From NCBI GenBank assembly GCA_963667845.2, contig CAXXVL010000002.1, positions 1,536,001-1,600,000 of the forward strand: a DNA stretch of 64,000 nt, read 5' to 3'. Shown in pieces: positions 41,300 through 51,447 of this stretch. The notes below the pieces were generated by a model. That model was not told the origin of the DNA and did no database searches. It was given only the letters and a program-made list of their open reading frames with translations. This DNA is from Smithellaceae bacterium (GTDB lineage: Bacteria; Desulfobacterota; Syntrophia; Syntrophales; Smithellaceae). A program made the translations under genes and the position numbers. Position 1 is the first letter of the stretch, and each line of letters opens with the position of its first letter.

Positions 41300-42031
41300 C
41301 TAAATTTTTTGTTTATTGGGATTTCGTTTTTCTCCCAGGCTCTCCCACAAACCAATACCTGCGGGTCTTACGGGCAGCACGACTTCATGCCCCCAAAGTC
41401 TGGGCCTCAGCCAGCCTTTCGTATCCACCATGTCTTCCGGGCGAGGCGAGCAGGCGTCCCGATCCAGAGAAACCACCCGGATGCCCTTTTGCAAGAGCTC
41501 ACTCACAACGACCCGGTCGGGAAAGGCTCTTAAGTTCGAATACTCGATAAAACGGCCGCTCCATCCGCCTGCGGTCAGACCGACGGCTGCCGCGGCGCCG
41601 ATGATGCCATCGTTCGTGCCGCCGTGTCCGGAAAGGTGAGCACGTCCTGCCGCATGACGGGCGTCCTGCTGACTCACAATTGTAGCTGTGCACTGGAGCC
41701 CGAAGGATTGAAGCGCGGGCAGGGCCGGATCATCTTCTGCCGCCAGGCAAAGACCGGGGTCGCTACCGGGAAGAGACATGGCTTCAATGTGGGCTATGGC
41801 AACGCTCTTTAGCGTCTCGATAAAAGATATGTCCGGGCATTCGATGATGACACAGGCTGAACTGTTGTGGGAGGTGTAAGGAATGGCTGGATCGACAAGA
41901 AGCTGCTGACGGACGACGCCCCGCATACTGCAGGCCGAGGGGATCAATGGTTCATATAGTCGGGCAAGCTTGCCGGTACCGATTGCCGAACCCGCAATAT
42001 CCGTATCATCAAAGCCAATGAAGACGAACAT
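41300..42031 (-). CDS. Hypothetical protein resembling the TiaS N-terminal domain (IGxDDTD...GTG, YTSHN, G..DGIIGA.A)
   Basis: IGFDDTD, PYTSHNS, SDPGLC and GIIGAAAAVG motifs; GGAG RBS. Confidence 0.7.
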   Translation of the reverse strand: MFVFIGFDDTDIAGSAIGTGKLARLYEPLIPSACSMRGVVRQQLLVDPAIPYTSHNSSACVIIECPDISFIETLKSVAIAHIEAMSLPGSDPGLCLAAEDDPALPALQSFGLQCTATIVSQQDARHAAGRAHLSGHGGTNDGIIGAAAAVGLTAGGWSGRFIEYSNLRAFPDRVVVSELLQKGIRVVSLDRDACSPRPEDMVDTKGWLRPRLWGHEVVLPVRPAGIGLWESLGEKRNPNKQKI

Positions 42032-42251
42032 GCTTCTTTTTCTCCATGTCAGGGCTTCAAATATAGGAGTGACCCCTCCGCATGTCAATCATACGAGTAG
42101 ATTTTCTGACGGCTTTATTCACGGGCAGATTTGATACTCCTATTTCAAAAAAGGCAAAAAGCGGCCTCGACTTAAATTGACCAAAAGTCAATTATTTTTT
42201 GCGTTCGGTATTTTGGATTCCTATAGAACTTCGATCTGATTGCTGTTTTTA

Positions 42252-42327
42252 TTATGTCATAAATGACATAAATAGACGAAATTACTCATATTTTTGCGTT
42301 GACAACGCTTGATCTTGAATATATAAG
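42252..42327. promoter_or_regulatory. Perfect-arm ModE-like operator and sigma70 promoter of FDH operon 3
   Basis: TTATGTCA-TAAA-TGACATAA (42252-42271); TTGACA-N17-TATAAG (42299-42327). Confidence 0.7.
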
Positions 42328-42494
42328 AAAAGCGCAGTTAAAGCGTTACTTTCTCAAAAAACGTCGTGCTTGGAGTACCTTGCTTTTTCTAAAAGCTTTT
42401 CCCTGAAAGATGGCTCAATGGAAAAGTGGAATGTTTGAGGTCGAAGAGCATGAAAAAGAATGCATATATTTTCTGAGGAAAGGAGAAGGAATTC

Positions 42495-45400
42495 ATGAAC
42501 GTCAGCAGAAGAGGTTTCTTGAAACTTTCCGGCGCTGTCGCGGCGGTTAGCGGTTTGGGCATCAGCCTGAGCCCGACATCCACGCATGCCCAGCAGCTGA
42601 AGATCAAGTACGCCAAAGAAACCACAACGATTTGTCCTTACTGTTCAGTGGGATGCAGTATCATCGTATCCGTGCGAGACGGGAAGGTGATCAACACAGA
42701 GGGGGACCCGGACAGCCCCATCAGCAGGGGATCGCTGTGCAGTAAAGGCGGTTCGATTTACCAGATGGCCGTCAACGAAAATCGCCTGGGCAAACCGTTA
42801 TATCGCGCACCTTTCGCCACAAAATGGAAAGAAGTTGAGTGGGAATGGGCCCTTGAGAAAATCGCGGAAAACGTGAAGAAGAGCCGCGACGCCAGCTTCA
42901 AGAAAACCAACGCTAAAGGTGAAGTCGTTAACCGCACCGAAGGCATTGCCTCCGTCGGTTCCGCGGCGATGGACCTGGAAGAATGCTTCACGTATCAAAA
43001 ATTCTTAAGGGGGTTGGGCCTGGTTTACATCGAACATCAGGCCCGTATCTGACACAGTCCAACTGTACCGGCTCTGGCAGAGTCGTTCGGACGTGGCGCA
43101 ATGACCAATCACTGGGTCGATTTCAAAAATGCTGATGTTCTCCTGATCATGGGGAGCAATCCCGCTTCCAATCATCCCGTATCCTGGAAATGGATACAGG
43201 ACGCAGTCGATAAGCGCGGCGCAAAAATTATCTGTGTGGATCCGCGCTTCACACAGTCAGCCTCCAAAGCGCATCTGTATGCCCCGCTTCGTTCAGGCAC
43301 GGATATCGCTTTCCTGGGCGGCATGATTAAATACATTCTCGACAATAAACTGTATTTTGAAGAATATGTGAAGAATTACACCAACGCTTCCTTCCTTGTA
43401 AATCCGGCCCTCAAAATGCCCGGAGAGAACAAGGGCGTCTTCTCCGGTCTGACCAACGGAAAATATGAGAAAGATACATGGTCGTATCAGACGGATGCTG
43501 CCGGTGTGATTAAGAAGGACAAGAGCCTGAAAGACCCCAACTGCGTCTTCCAGCTTTTGAAGAAACATTATTCCCGTTACACACCGGAACTCGTTTCGAG
43601 AATCACCGGATGCCCGAAGGACAAGCTGATTGAAGTTTACAAACTATATGCTTCAACCGGCAAACCGGACAAGGCGGGCGTGGAACTTTACGCGATGGGC
43701 TGGACACAGCATACGGTCGGCACGCAGAACATCCGGACGATGTGTATGATCCAGTTGCTTTTGGGCAACATGGGTATCGCCGGCGGCGGTGTTGCGGCAA
43801 TGCGCGGCGAAGGCAATGTTCAGGGTTCCACCGACCACGGCCTGTTGTTCCATATCTGGCCGGGTTATCTGGGTGCACCGACAGCGTCACTTGCAACGTT
43901 AAAAGAATACAATGAGAAGCGGACACCGAAAACCAAGGAAAAAGATTCGCTCAACTGGTGGAAGAATTTTCCGAAATATTCGGCCAGTTTCCTGCGCTCG
44001 ATGTACGGCGCGAATATGAGCATCACCGATGCTTACGCGACGATGCCGAAGATCGATGATGGCGCCAACTATTCCTGGTTGATGATTTTCGATCAGATGT
44101 ACAAAGAAAAATTTACCGGCTTCTTCGCGTGGGGGATGAATCCCGCATGCAGCGGAGCCCACTCCAACAAAGTGCGCCAGGGGTTGGGTAAGCTCGACTG
44201 GATGGTCAACGTCAACCTGTTCGATAACGAAACCGGTTCCTTCTGGCGCGGTCCCGGTATGGATCCCAAAAAAATCAAGACGGAAGTCTTCATGCTGCCC
44301 TGCGCGTCTTCCATTGAAAAAGAAGGCAGCATCGCCAACAGCGGCCGTTTGATGCAGTGGCGCTATAAAGCGGTGAGTCCCGTGGGCGATGCTCTGCCGG
44401 ATGGCGACATCATGAGTGAAATCCTCTTCAAAGTTCAGGAACTTTACGAGAAGAAGGGTGGACCGCACAAAGAAGCCATTACGCAGTTAACCTGGCCGTA
44501 TGGCAAAAAGGTTGGAAAGCATTTCCACTATGATCCGCGGGCAGTAGCAGCCGAAATCAACGGTTTCTTCCTCACGGACAAAAAAGTCGAAAACCCGACC
44601 AAGAAGGGCGAATTCAAAGAATTCAAGAAGGGCGATCCCGTTCCCACGTTCGCCTGGCTGCAGGATGATGGCTCGACATCATCGGGTTGCTGGGTCTATT
44701 GCGGCTCCGTCGGCGAAAAAGGCAATCTGGCCATGCGCCGGGGGCAAGCCGATGCGACAGGCCTCGGACTCTTCCCTGAATGGGCCTGGTCGTGGCCGGT
44801 CAACCGCCGCATCATCTATAACGGCGCTTCCGTTGACCCGGACGGAAAACCCTGGGATCCGTCCCGAGCCGTCATCAAATGGAACGGCGAAAAATGGGTC
44901 GGCGACGTTCCGGACGGTGTCGGCGATCCCGGCAAGGGCCGGCCGCCTTTCATCATGAAACCGGACGGTGTGGCCAGCCTCTATGGACCGGGCTTAACCG
45001 ATGGTCCTTTCCCGGAACATTATGAACCGCTGGAATGTCCGGTGGAGAAGAACCTGATGTCGCCGCAGAAAAACAACCCGGTCATCAAGCGTTTCGACAA
45101 AAAGGGCGTGGGGGCGGATCTGGATGTATACTCGGGTGTTACCAGCTGTGATCCTCGCTTCCCGTTCATTTGTGCAACCTATCGAGTCAGTGAACACTGG
45201 CAGACGGGCGTTCTGACACGCTGGTGCCCGTGGCTCGCGGAAATGCAGCCCGGCATGTTTGTGGAAATGGGAGAAGAACTGGCGAAGGATAAAGGTATTA
45301 AAAGCGGCGATAAATGTATCGTCAGCTCGGCGCGCGGCGAGGTTGAATGTTCGGCCATCGTCACACCGCGTTTCAAACCGTTCAACATCGACGGCAACAT

Positions 45401-45602
45401 GATTCACGAAGTGGGTATACCTTGGCATTTCGGCTGGATCACAACGAAAGACCGATCCTATAATCCCGGCGATAAGAAAGCGGAGGTCTTTACGCACGGA
45501 GATGCGGCGAACCTTCTGGTTCCGACCATCGGCGATGCCAACACCATGATCCCGGAGAGCAAAGCCTTCATGGTGAACGTTGTGAAGAAGGGGGTGAAGT
45601 AA
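42495..45602 (+). CDS. fdnG: Tat-exported formate dehydrogenase alpha subunit, selenocysteine (TGA 43050-43052), ~1035 aa
   Basis: SRRGFLK; CPYCSVGC; HQARI-U-HSPTVPAL joins ORFs 42495 and 43101; RGEGNVQG. Confidence 0.96.
43057..43092 (+). promoter_or_regulatory. SECIS hairpin
   Basis: CGGCTCT-GGC-AGAGTCG with outer GTCC/GGAC pairing. Confidence 0.7.
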
Positions 45603-45603
45603 G

Positions 45604-46404
45604 ATGACCGAGAAAATTAAATTATACGACGATTCGAAATGTACCGCCTGTCGCGGTTGTCAGCTCGCCTGCAAACAGTGGAACGCGCTGAAAGCCTCCC
45701 AGACGGAAAATCGGGGCACTTACCAGAACCCGCCGGCGCTTAACCCGAACACCTTCCTGCTCATTCACTATCAGGATTACGTGGATAAGGACGGCAACGT
45801 CAAGTGGCTTTTCCGCAAGGAAGCCTGCATGCACTGCACGGACGCGGCCTGTGTGACGGTCTGCCCCAGTGGTGCTCTGCACTACAACAAGGAAACCAGC
45901 ACGGTGGCGCTGGATCACGAGAAGTGTATCGGCTGTAAAGAATGTGTTTCCGCCTGCCCGTTTGAAATTCCGAAGTATGACGCGAAAACGGATAAGGTTT
46001 ACAAATGCGATATGTGCGAAAGCCGCATCACCAATGGTCTGGATCCGGCCTGCGTCAAAGCCTGCCCGACTGGCGCATTATCCTGGGGGCTGAAGGATAA
46101 AATGCTGAAAGCCGCCGCCAAGCGGGTGGAAAAATTGGGTGGTGATGCCACGACTTACGGCGATAAATATGTCGGCGGCACGCACTTCATGTATGTGCTC
46201 AAGGAAAAAACGGCCGTTTACGCTGACATTCATAAAGACCCGAGCGTGCCGTGGTCTGTTACGATCTGGAAGAGCTGGCTAAAGCCATTGAGTTTACTGG
46301 CCGCGGGCGGTGTTTTGGGTGGAGCATTCCTCCATTACATGATTCACGGGCCGAAAACGCCGCATGAAGGAACGGGCCCGGAAGAAAAGAAGGGAGGAGA
46401 ATAA
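45604..46404 (+). CDS. fdnH: Formate dehydrogenase beta (4Fe-4S) subunit
   Basis: Four Cys cluster motifs; C-terminal TM anchor. Confidence 0.93.
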   Translation: MTEKIKLYDDSKCTACRGCQLACKQWNALKASQTENRGTYQNPPALNPNTFLLIHYQDYVDKDGNVKWLFRKEACMHCTDAACVTVCPSGALHYNKETSTVALDHEKCIGCKECVSACPFEIPKYDAKTDKVYKCDMCESRITNGLDPACVKACPTGALSWGLKDKMLKAAAKRVEKLGGDATTYGDKYVGGTHFMYVLKEKTAVYADIHKDPSVPWSVTIWKSWLKPLSLLAAGGVLGGAFLHYMIHGPKTPHEGTGPEEKKGGE

Positions 46405-47072
46405 CCATGCAAAAAGGATACGTACAAGTAACAGACAGTTATGAAAGAATATTGCACTGGATGCTGGCGATTTCCTGCCTGCTTTTATGTGTAACGGGAC
46501 TGGGCATGATGTTCCAGACATTTAACTTTATCGGCGCGCTGTTTGGCGGTTTGAAGAGCTTGAAACTGGTTCATAATTTTACCGGTTTGGTGTTTGCGGT
46601 TTCGCTCATTCTGGTGATCAGGATGTGGTGGAAGGAAGCGGGCGTTTTTGTGTTCCCCGAAGACCTCGACTGGATTTTGGCGGCAGGCGGATACCTGTGG
46701 CATGTGGACAAAGTACCGGAGACGGGGAAATACAATCCGGGGCAGAAAGCCTTTTTCCTGGTTGTGGCGGGTTTCGGTGTGATCATGATTATCACGGGAT
46801 TGATTATGTGGTTTCCCGGGTCCCTGCCGACAGGTTTTGTGCGGTGGATGTTCCCGCTGCACGCCCTGGGGTTTGTGGCGATCTTTGCGTTCTTCTTCAT
46901 TCACCTGTATCTGGGCACCATTGGTAACCCCGGATCGGTCGATGCAATGATCACGGGCTGGATGGACAAGCGGGTATTAACCATGCTGCATCCGAAGTGG
47001 GTCAAGGAGATGGAGCATGAAGGCAAGCTGGTTGTCTGGGGCGAGGAAACGAAATCCGACGCCCATGGACAT
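46280..47072 (+). repeat. 793-bp near-identical repeat, copy 2
   Basis: Matches 31801..32593. Confidence 0.95.
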
Positions 47073-47081
47073 CAGGCTTAA
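46407..47081 (+). CDS. fdnI: Formate dehydrogenase gamma (cytochrome b) subunit
   Basis: Identical to the 31928 protein plus C-terminal QA. Confidence 0.93.
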   Translation: MQKGYVQVTDSYERILHWMLAISCLLLCVTGLGMMFQTFNFIGALFGGLKSLKLVHNFTGLVFAVSLILVIRMWWKEAGVFVFPEDLDWILAAGGYLWHVDKVPETGKYNPGQKAFFLVVAGFGVIMIITGLIMWFPGSLPTGFVRWMFPLHALGFVAIFAFFFIHLYLGTIGNPGSVDAMITGWMDKRVLTMLHPKWVKEMEHEGKLVVWGEETKSDAHGHQA

Positions 47082-47103
47082 GTAAAATCAGATTCACAAT
47101 AAA

Positions 47104-47140
47104 GAGCCCGGAGGCGACAATCTCCGGGCTCCTTTATTTT
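47104..47140 (+). terminator. Intrinsic terminator
   Basis: GAGCCCGGAG/CTCCGGGCTC stem plus T-rich tail. Confidence 0.8.
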
Positions 47141-47341
47141 CAGGCTTGCAGTCACGCTAACCCCCAATCAAGTTTTTTTTCACTTTTCCGCACGGATGAG
47201 CCGGTAATTAGAAATCCGGTACGATAATTATTGACAAATCCGGCGCTTGATAATAACATTTCTCAACATCTAAATAAACCGATAGCGCGTTTGGCGCTTT
47301 TTTACTTTTTAGGGATATCTTAATCAGAGGTAAGGTGTCGC

Positions 47342-48331
47342 GTGAACAAAACGATTACTAAGAAGAAAGCTTTGGAAATTATTTCAAAATTTACACGATC
47401 GGGCGTACTTGTCGTCGGAGATGTCATGGTCGATCATTTCATCTGGGGCAAAGTATCGCGTATTTCTCCGGAGGCGCCCGTGCCGGTGGTCGATGTGCAG
47501 AAGGATTCCGTGATGCTGGGCGGTTGCGCCAATGTTCTCAATACGATCTACGCTATGGGCGGCAAGGTTTATGTTGCGGGTGTTGTCGGCGCTGACGACA
47601 TCGGCAAAGGATTGCTAAAACAATTAAGAGAACGTGATGTTGATACGGGCGGCATCATCGTCGAAAAAGGAAGGCCGACGACGTTGAAGACAAGAGTTGT
47701 TGCCCATGGACAGCAGGTGGTGCGGTTCGACTCGGAGAGCAGAAAACCTATCCCCCCAATGAGTCGCACCAAAATCCTTGCCTACGTGCGATCGCTCCGC
47801 GATAAAATAGGCGCCATCGTGATTTCCGATTACAGCAAAGGCGTCATTTCCAGAGAACTTATTGATGGCATTAAGAATATCGCCCGGGATTCGAATATTT
47901 TCTTATGCGTCGATCCGAAACAAAGTGACTTCTCTGTTTATTCGGGCGTCCATGTCATCACCCCCAATCACCATGAAGCCGCGCGTGCCGCCGGAATGGA
48001 AATGGTCAACGGGGATGATCTGCTGAAACTGGGTGAGGAACTGCTGACAAAATTTGATTTTCAGTCGCTGCTTATCACACGGGGTGAGGAAGGCATGAGC
48101 CTTTTCGAAAGAGGGCGTAAGATTGACCACACGCACTTTTCGGCGCAGGCGAAGGAAGTTTACGATGTAACGGGTGCCGGTGATACGGTTATTGGGGTGC
48201 TGGCTCTGGCTCTGGCTGCGCGGGCGAATCTGAAGGAGGCTACATCACTGGCGAACCACGCAGCCGGGATCGTTGTGGGTAAGGTGGGAACATCCACCGT
48301 GTCCCAGCAGGAATTAATCGGCGTGTTATGA
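47342..48331 (+). CDS. rfaE1: D-glycero-beta-D-manno-heptose-7-phosphate kinase
   Basis: RISPEAPVPV, SDYSKG, TPNHHEA and DVTGAGDT motifs. Confidence 0.93.
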   Translation: MNKTITKKKALEIISKFTRSGVLVVGDVMVDHFIWGKVSRISPEAPVPVVDVQKDSVMLGGCANVLNTIYAMGGKVYVAGVVGADDIGKGLLKQLRERDVDTGGIIVEKGRPTTLKTRVVAHGQQVVRFDSESRKPIPPMSRTKILAYVRSLRDKIGAIVISDYSKGVISRELIDGIKNIARDSNIFLCVDPKQSDFSVYSGVHVITPNHHEAARAAGMEMVNGDDLLKLGEELLTKFDFQSLLITRGEEGMSLFERGRKIDHTHFSAQAKEVYDVTGAGDTVIGVLALALAARANLKEATSLANHAAGIVVGKVGTSTVSQQELIGVL

Positions 48332-48864
48332 GTAAACCGACGCAGGCTCTGCCGGTCAAACTGGTCTTCAGTGTTTTGGCTCCCGCGACCGGCTTAATCA
48401 ATGATACGATCAAGAACCTGTCCGCCCTTTATGGTTGGCCGGATTTCGTCAGCGGACAGATGGCCTTTGATTATACGGATTATTACCGTCCGGAGATGGG
48501 AGAGGCGCTGGTTAGAAGATTTCTGTCGATGGAGAAGTTGATCCGGCCGGAGACGTTGCCGGACATCAAGCTGGCGACGAATATCCTGGAGGGAGAGTCA
48601 ACAGTCGATAATCAGCGGAGAGTGAATATTGATCCCGGGTACTTATCTCAGGCTCACCTGATTCTGGCTACCGGCAAAGGATATACTCACAGGCCTTATC
48701 TGCGCGACGGGATTTATGCGGATCTGACATTAATATACCAAGGGAAAAAATTTTGTACGCTGCCTTGGAGTTATCCGGATTACGCAGACGAGCAGCAGCT
48801 GGCTATGCTCGGTTCAATCCGGTCGCGGTATTTATTGCAGTTAAAAATGACTGACTCGTTATAG
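48328..48864 (+). CDS. DUF4416 family protein
   Basis: FDYTDYY..EMG, RRVNIDPGYL, HRPYL..GIY and PWSYPDY motifs. Confidence 0.8.
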   Translation: MSKPTQALPVKLVFSVLAPATGLINDTIKNLSALYGWPDFVSGQMAFDYTDYYRPEMGEALVRRFLSMEKLIRPETLPDIKLATNILEGESTVDNQRRVNIDPGYLSQAHLILATGKGYTHRPYLRDGIYADLTLIYQGKKFCTLPWSYPDYADEQQLAMLGSIRSRYLLQLKMTDSL

Positions 48865-48887
48865 AATAATTTCGCAAGAGGATTAAT

Positions 48888-49766
48888 ATGATTAAAAGCA
48901 TGACCGGTTATGGTCGGGTGGATACCCTGTGCGGCGGCCGGAGTATTGTAGTGGAGGCCAAATCCGTCAACCATCGTTTTCTGGAGATTGCCCTCAGGAC
49001 GCCCGCCGCCCTGAATCCGCTGGAAATGGAATACAAAAAGAAAATCGGAGAAAGGTTCAAACGCGGGCGCATTGACGTGACGATCCGGTTGGAGGGCGAA
49101 GGTGCTGATACATCACGGTTGAACTTGAATATGGAAATTGCCCGAGATTACTTCGATGTTTTGAGCCGATTGAAGAATGAATTGGATATCCAAGAACCGA
49201 TCAGTCTGAAGAATCTCATCAGTTTTCGGGATATTTTTACGCCGCCTGCGGAGACACAACTGGATGCCGATTTTTTGAATCATGTGGGGCAAACGGTGCA
49301 GGAAGCGTTGACACTGCTGGCTAATATGAGGCAGGATGAAGGCATTGCTCTCTTTTCCGATATGCAAATGAGGCTTCGAGCGATTCAGGAAACGATGGCG
49401 ACCATCCAATCCCGTGCACCGCAGGTTGTGCTCGAGTATCAAAAACGTCTTTCAGAAAGGATCAAGGAGCTAACGGCCGGATTGGAGGTCGACGCCGGCC
49501 GCCTGGCTCAGGAAGTGGCGATCATGGCTGATCGCTGTGATATCACGGAAGAGATTGTTCGAATGCGAAGTCATATCAGTCAGTTTGACGCCCTGTTGCA
49601 AAGCGAGGATGCGGAAGGCCGGAAAATCGACTTTCTTTTACAGGAAATGAACCGCGAGATTAATACGATCGGTTCCAAGGGGAACGATGCAGAGATTGCC
49701 AAGCAGGTTATTGAGGCGAAAAGCGAGCTGGGCAAGTTGCGCGAACAGGCGCAGAATATCGAGTGA
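48888..49766 (+). CDS. yicC: YicC/YloC family endoribonuclease
   Basis: SMTGYG, SVNHRFLE, GRKIDFLLQEMNREINTIGSK and REQAQNIE motifs. Confidence 0.95.
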   Translation: MIKSMTGYGRVDTLCGGRSIVVEAKSVNHRFLEIALRTPAALNPLEMEYKKKIGERFKRGRIDVTIRLEGEGADTSRLNLNMEIARDYFDVLSRLKNELDIQEPISLKNLISFRDIFTPPAETQLDADFLNHVGQTVQEALTLLANMRQDEGIALFSDMQMRLRAIQETMATIQSRAPQVVLEYQKRLSERIKELTAGLEVDAGRLAQEVAIMADRCDITEEIVRMRSHISQFDALLQSEDAEGRKIDFLLQEMNREINTIGSKGNDAEIAKQVIEAKSELGKLREQAQNIE

Positions 49767-50395
49767 AAAATATGCCGGACCAGGGATTGTTCATTGTTTT
49801 GTCTGCGCCATCCGGGACGGGGAAAAGCAGTATTTGTCGACGTTTGCTTGCGGCCTGCCCCGAAGTTGAGTTTTCCGTTTCTTACACATCCCGAACGCCT
49901 CGTCCCAACGAGATCAACGGAAAGGACTATCATTTCATTTCCCGTGAAGATTTTCAAAGGCGGATGGGTGAGGGAGAGTTCGTCGAATGGATAGAGAATT
50001 ATGGGAACTTTTATGGAACATCCGGCAAGTTGATGAAAGAAGTTTTAAACCGGGGCAAGGATCTGTTGCTCGATGTCGAACCGCGCGGCGCAAAAGAAAT
50101 TAAAAAGAAATTTGATAACGGCGTTTTTGTTTTCGTGCTGCCCCCCTCTTTAGATGAGCTCCTGAACCGGCTGAAAAAACGGGGGCATGAAAGTCCGGAG
50201 GTTATTAAAAAGCGGTTTACTCAAGCCGAGGGTGAATTAAAAGAAGTTTTGTGGTATGACTACGCCGTTTTTAACGACAATCTGGAAGTGGCCGTCAAAC
50301 AGGTGATCGCGATTTACCGCTCTGAGAAATGCAAAACAAGCCGCTTGCAGGATAAAATTAATCGTTTTTTTAAATATATGAATAGAGATATTTAG
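49763..50395 (+). CDS. gmk: Guanylate kinase
   Basis: [21 protein letters not shown] and YGT motifs. Confidence 0.95.
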   Translation: MKNMPDQGLFIVLSAPSGTGKSSICRRLLAACPEVEFSVSYTSRTPRPNEINGKDYHFISREDFQRRMGEGEFVEWIENYGNFYGTSGKLMKEVLNRGKDLLLDVEPRGAKEIKKKFDNGVFVFVLPPSLDELLNRLKKRGHESPEVIKKRFTQAEGELKEVLWYDYAVFNDNLEVAVKQVIAIYRSEKCKTSRLQDKINRFFKYMNRDI

Positions 50396-50409
50396 GAGGT
50401 ATCAGGTTC

Positions 50410-50679
50410 ATGGCAAGAATTACAGTAGAAGATTCTTTAAGGGTGGCGCAGACCCGGTTCGGCTTGGTGTCGCTTGCCTCAAAGCGGGCGCGACAGCTGC
50501 TCAAGGGCTCCAAACCGTTAATGGAAAGTAAAAACAGGGAAATTGTTCTTTCGCTTCGGGAAATTGCGGCGGGAAAGGTCGTTTATGCTCATCCCGAATT
50601 CCTAAAAGGATCCCAGGAAGATTTTAAACCGATTCCTGATAATACAGAGTTTATTGGCGATGAAGAATATCTCGAGTAA
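50410..50679 (+). CDS. rpoZ: RNA polymerase omega subunit
   Basis: [20 protein letters not shown] and LREIAAG motifs. Confidence 0.95.
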   Translation: MARITVEDSLRVAQTRFGLVSLASKRARQLLKGSKPLMESKNREIVLSLREIAAGKVVYAHPEFLKGSQEDFKPIPDNTEFIGDEEYLE

Positions 50680-51415
50680 CCCCGGCGACAAGCTCATTTT
50701 TGCTTTGGATGCAGGAAGTTATGAAGAAGCGTTATCCTGGATAAAGCTTCTTTCCGGTCATGTCGGCATGTTTAAAGTGGGTAAAGAATTGTTTACATCC
50801 GTCGGGCCGCAAATTGTTCGCGAGATCAAGCAGAACGGTTCCCGGGTATTTCTCGATCTGAAATTTCACGACATCCCCAATACCGTCGCCCGTGCCGGTG
50901 AGGCCGCTGTGGCGCTGGACGTGGATATGTTTAACGTCCATGCTGCGGGCGGGAGCCGGATGATCCGGGAAACAGTCGACGCTGCGGCTGCCTGCGCTGC
51001 AAAGCGGGGAACAGCGACTCCCATTGTCCTGGCAGTTACCGTTCTGACCAGTCTGAATAACAGCGATCTCGAGGAAATTGGATTTGGAATAACCACGAAT
51101 GATTTAGTTCTTCGTCTGGCAACTATGGCCCAAAAGGCTGGAGCTTCAGGCGTTGTGGCTTCGCCTCAGGATATCATCGCTCTCCGGCAAGCGCTGGGAG
51201 ACGATTTTGTCATTGTAACTCCGGGCATCCGCAGCGCTGCTGAAAAGGTTTCGGATGATCAGAAAAGAACGCTGAGCGCTTTTGAAGCGATTCAAGCAGG
51301 GGCCGATTATATTGTCGTCGGCAGACCTATCCGCCAGGCCAAAGATCCGCTGGATGCGTGCCGCCACATCACTCAGGAAATTGCCGACGGCCTCGTTTGC
51401 CAAAACCGCTCATGA
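50660..51415 (+). CDS. pyrF: Orotidine-5'-phosphate decarboxylase
   Basis: [24 protein letters not shown] and VVGRPI motifs. Confidence 0.96.
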   Translation: MKNISSNPGDKLIFALDAGSYEEALSWIKLLSGHVGMFKVGKELFTSVGPQIVREIKQNGSRVFLDLKFHDIPNTVARAGEAAVALDVDMFNVHAAGGSRMIRETVDAAAACAAKRGTATPIVLAVTVLTSLNNSDLEEIGFGITTNDLVLRLATMAQKAGASGVVASPQDIIALRQALGDDFVIVTPGIRSAAEKVSDDQKRTLSAFEAIQAGADYIVVGRPIRQAKDPLDACRHITQEIADGLVCQNRS

Positions 51416-51447
51416 TAATTCCTTTTTTTGAATGGAAGGCATAGGGC

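Noticed and set aside
28622..43052. FDH alpha genes as nonsense pseudogenes or split genes
   Set aside because: All three stops are TGA at the catalytic Cys/Sec position, in frame and followed by hairpins, so they are Sec recoding.
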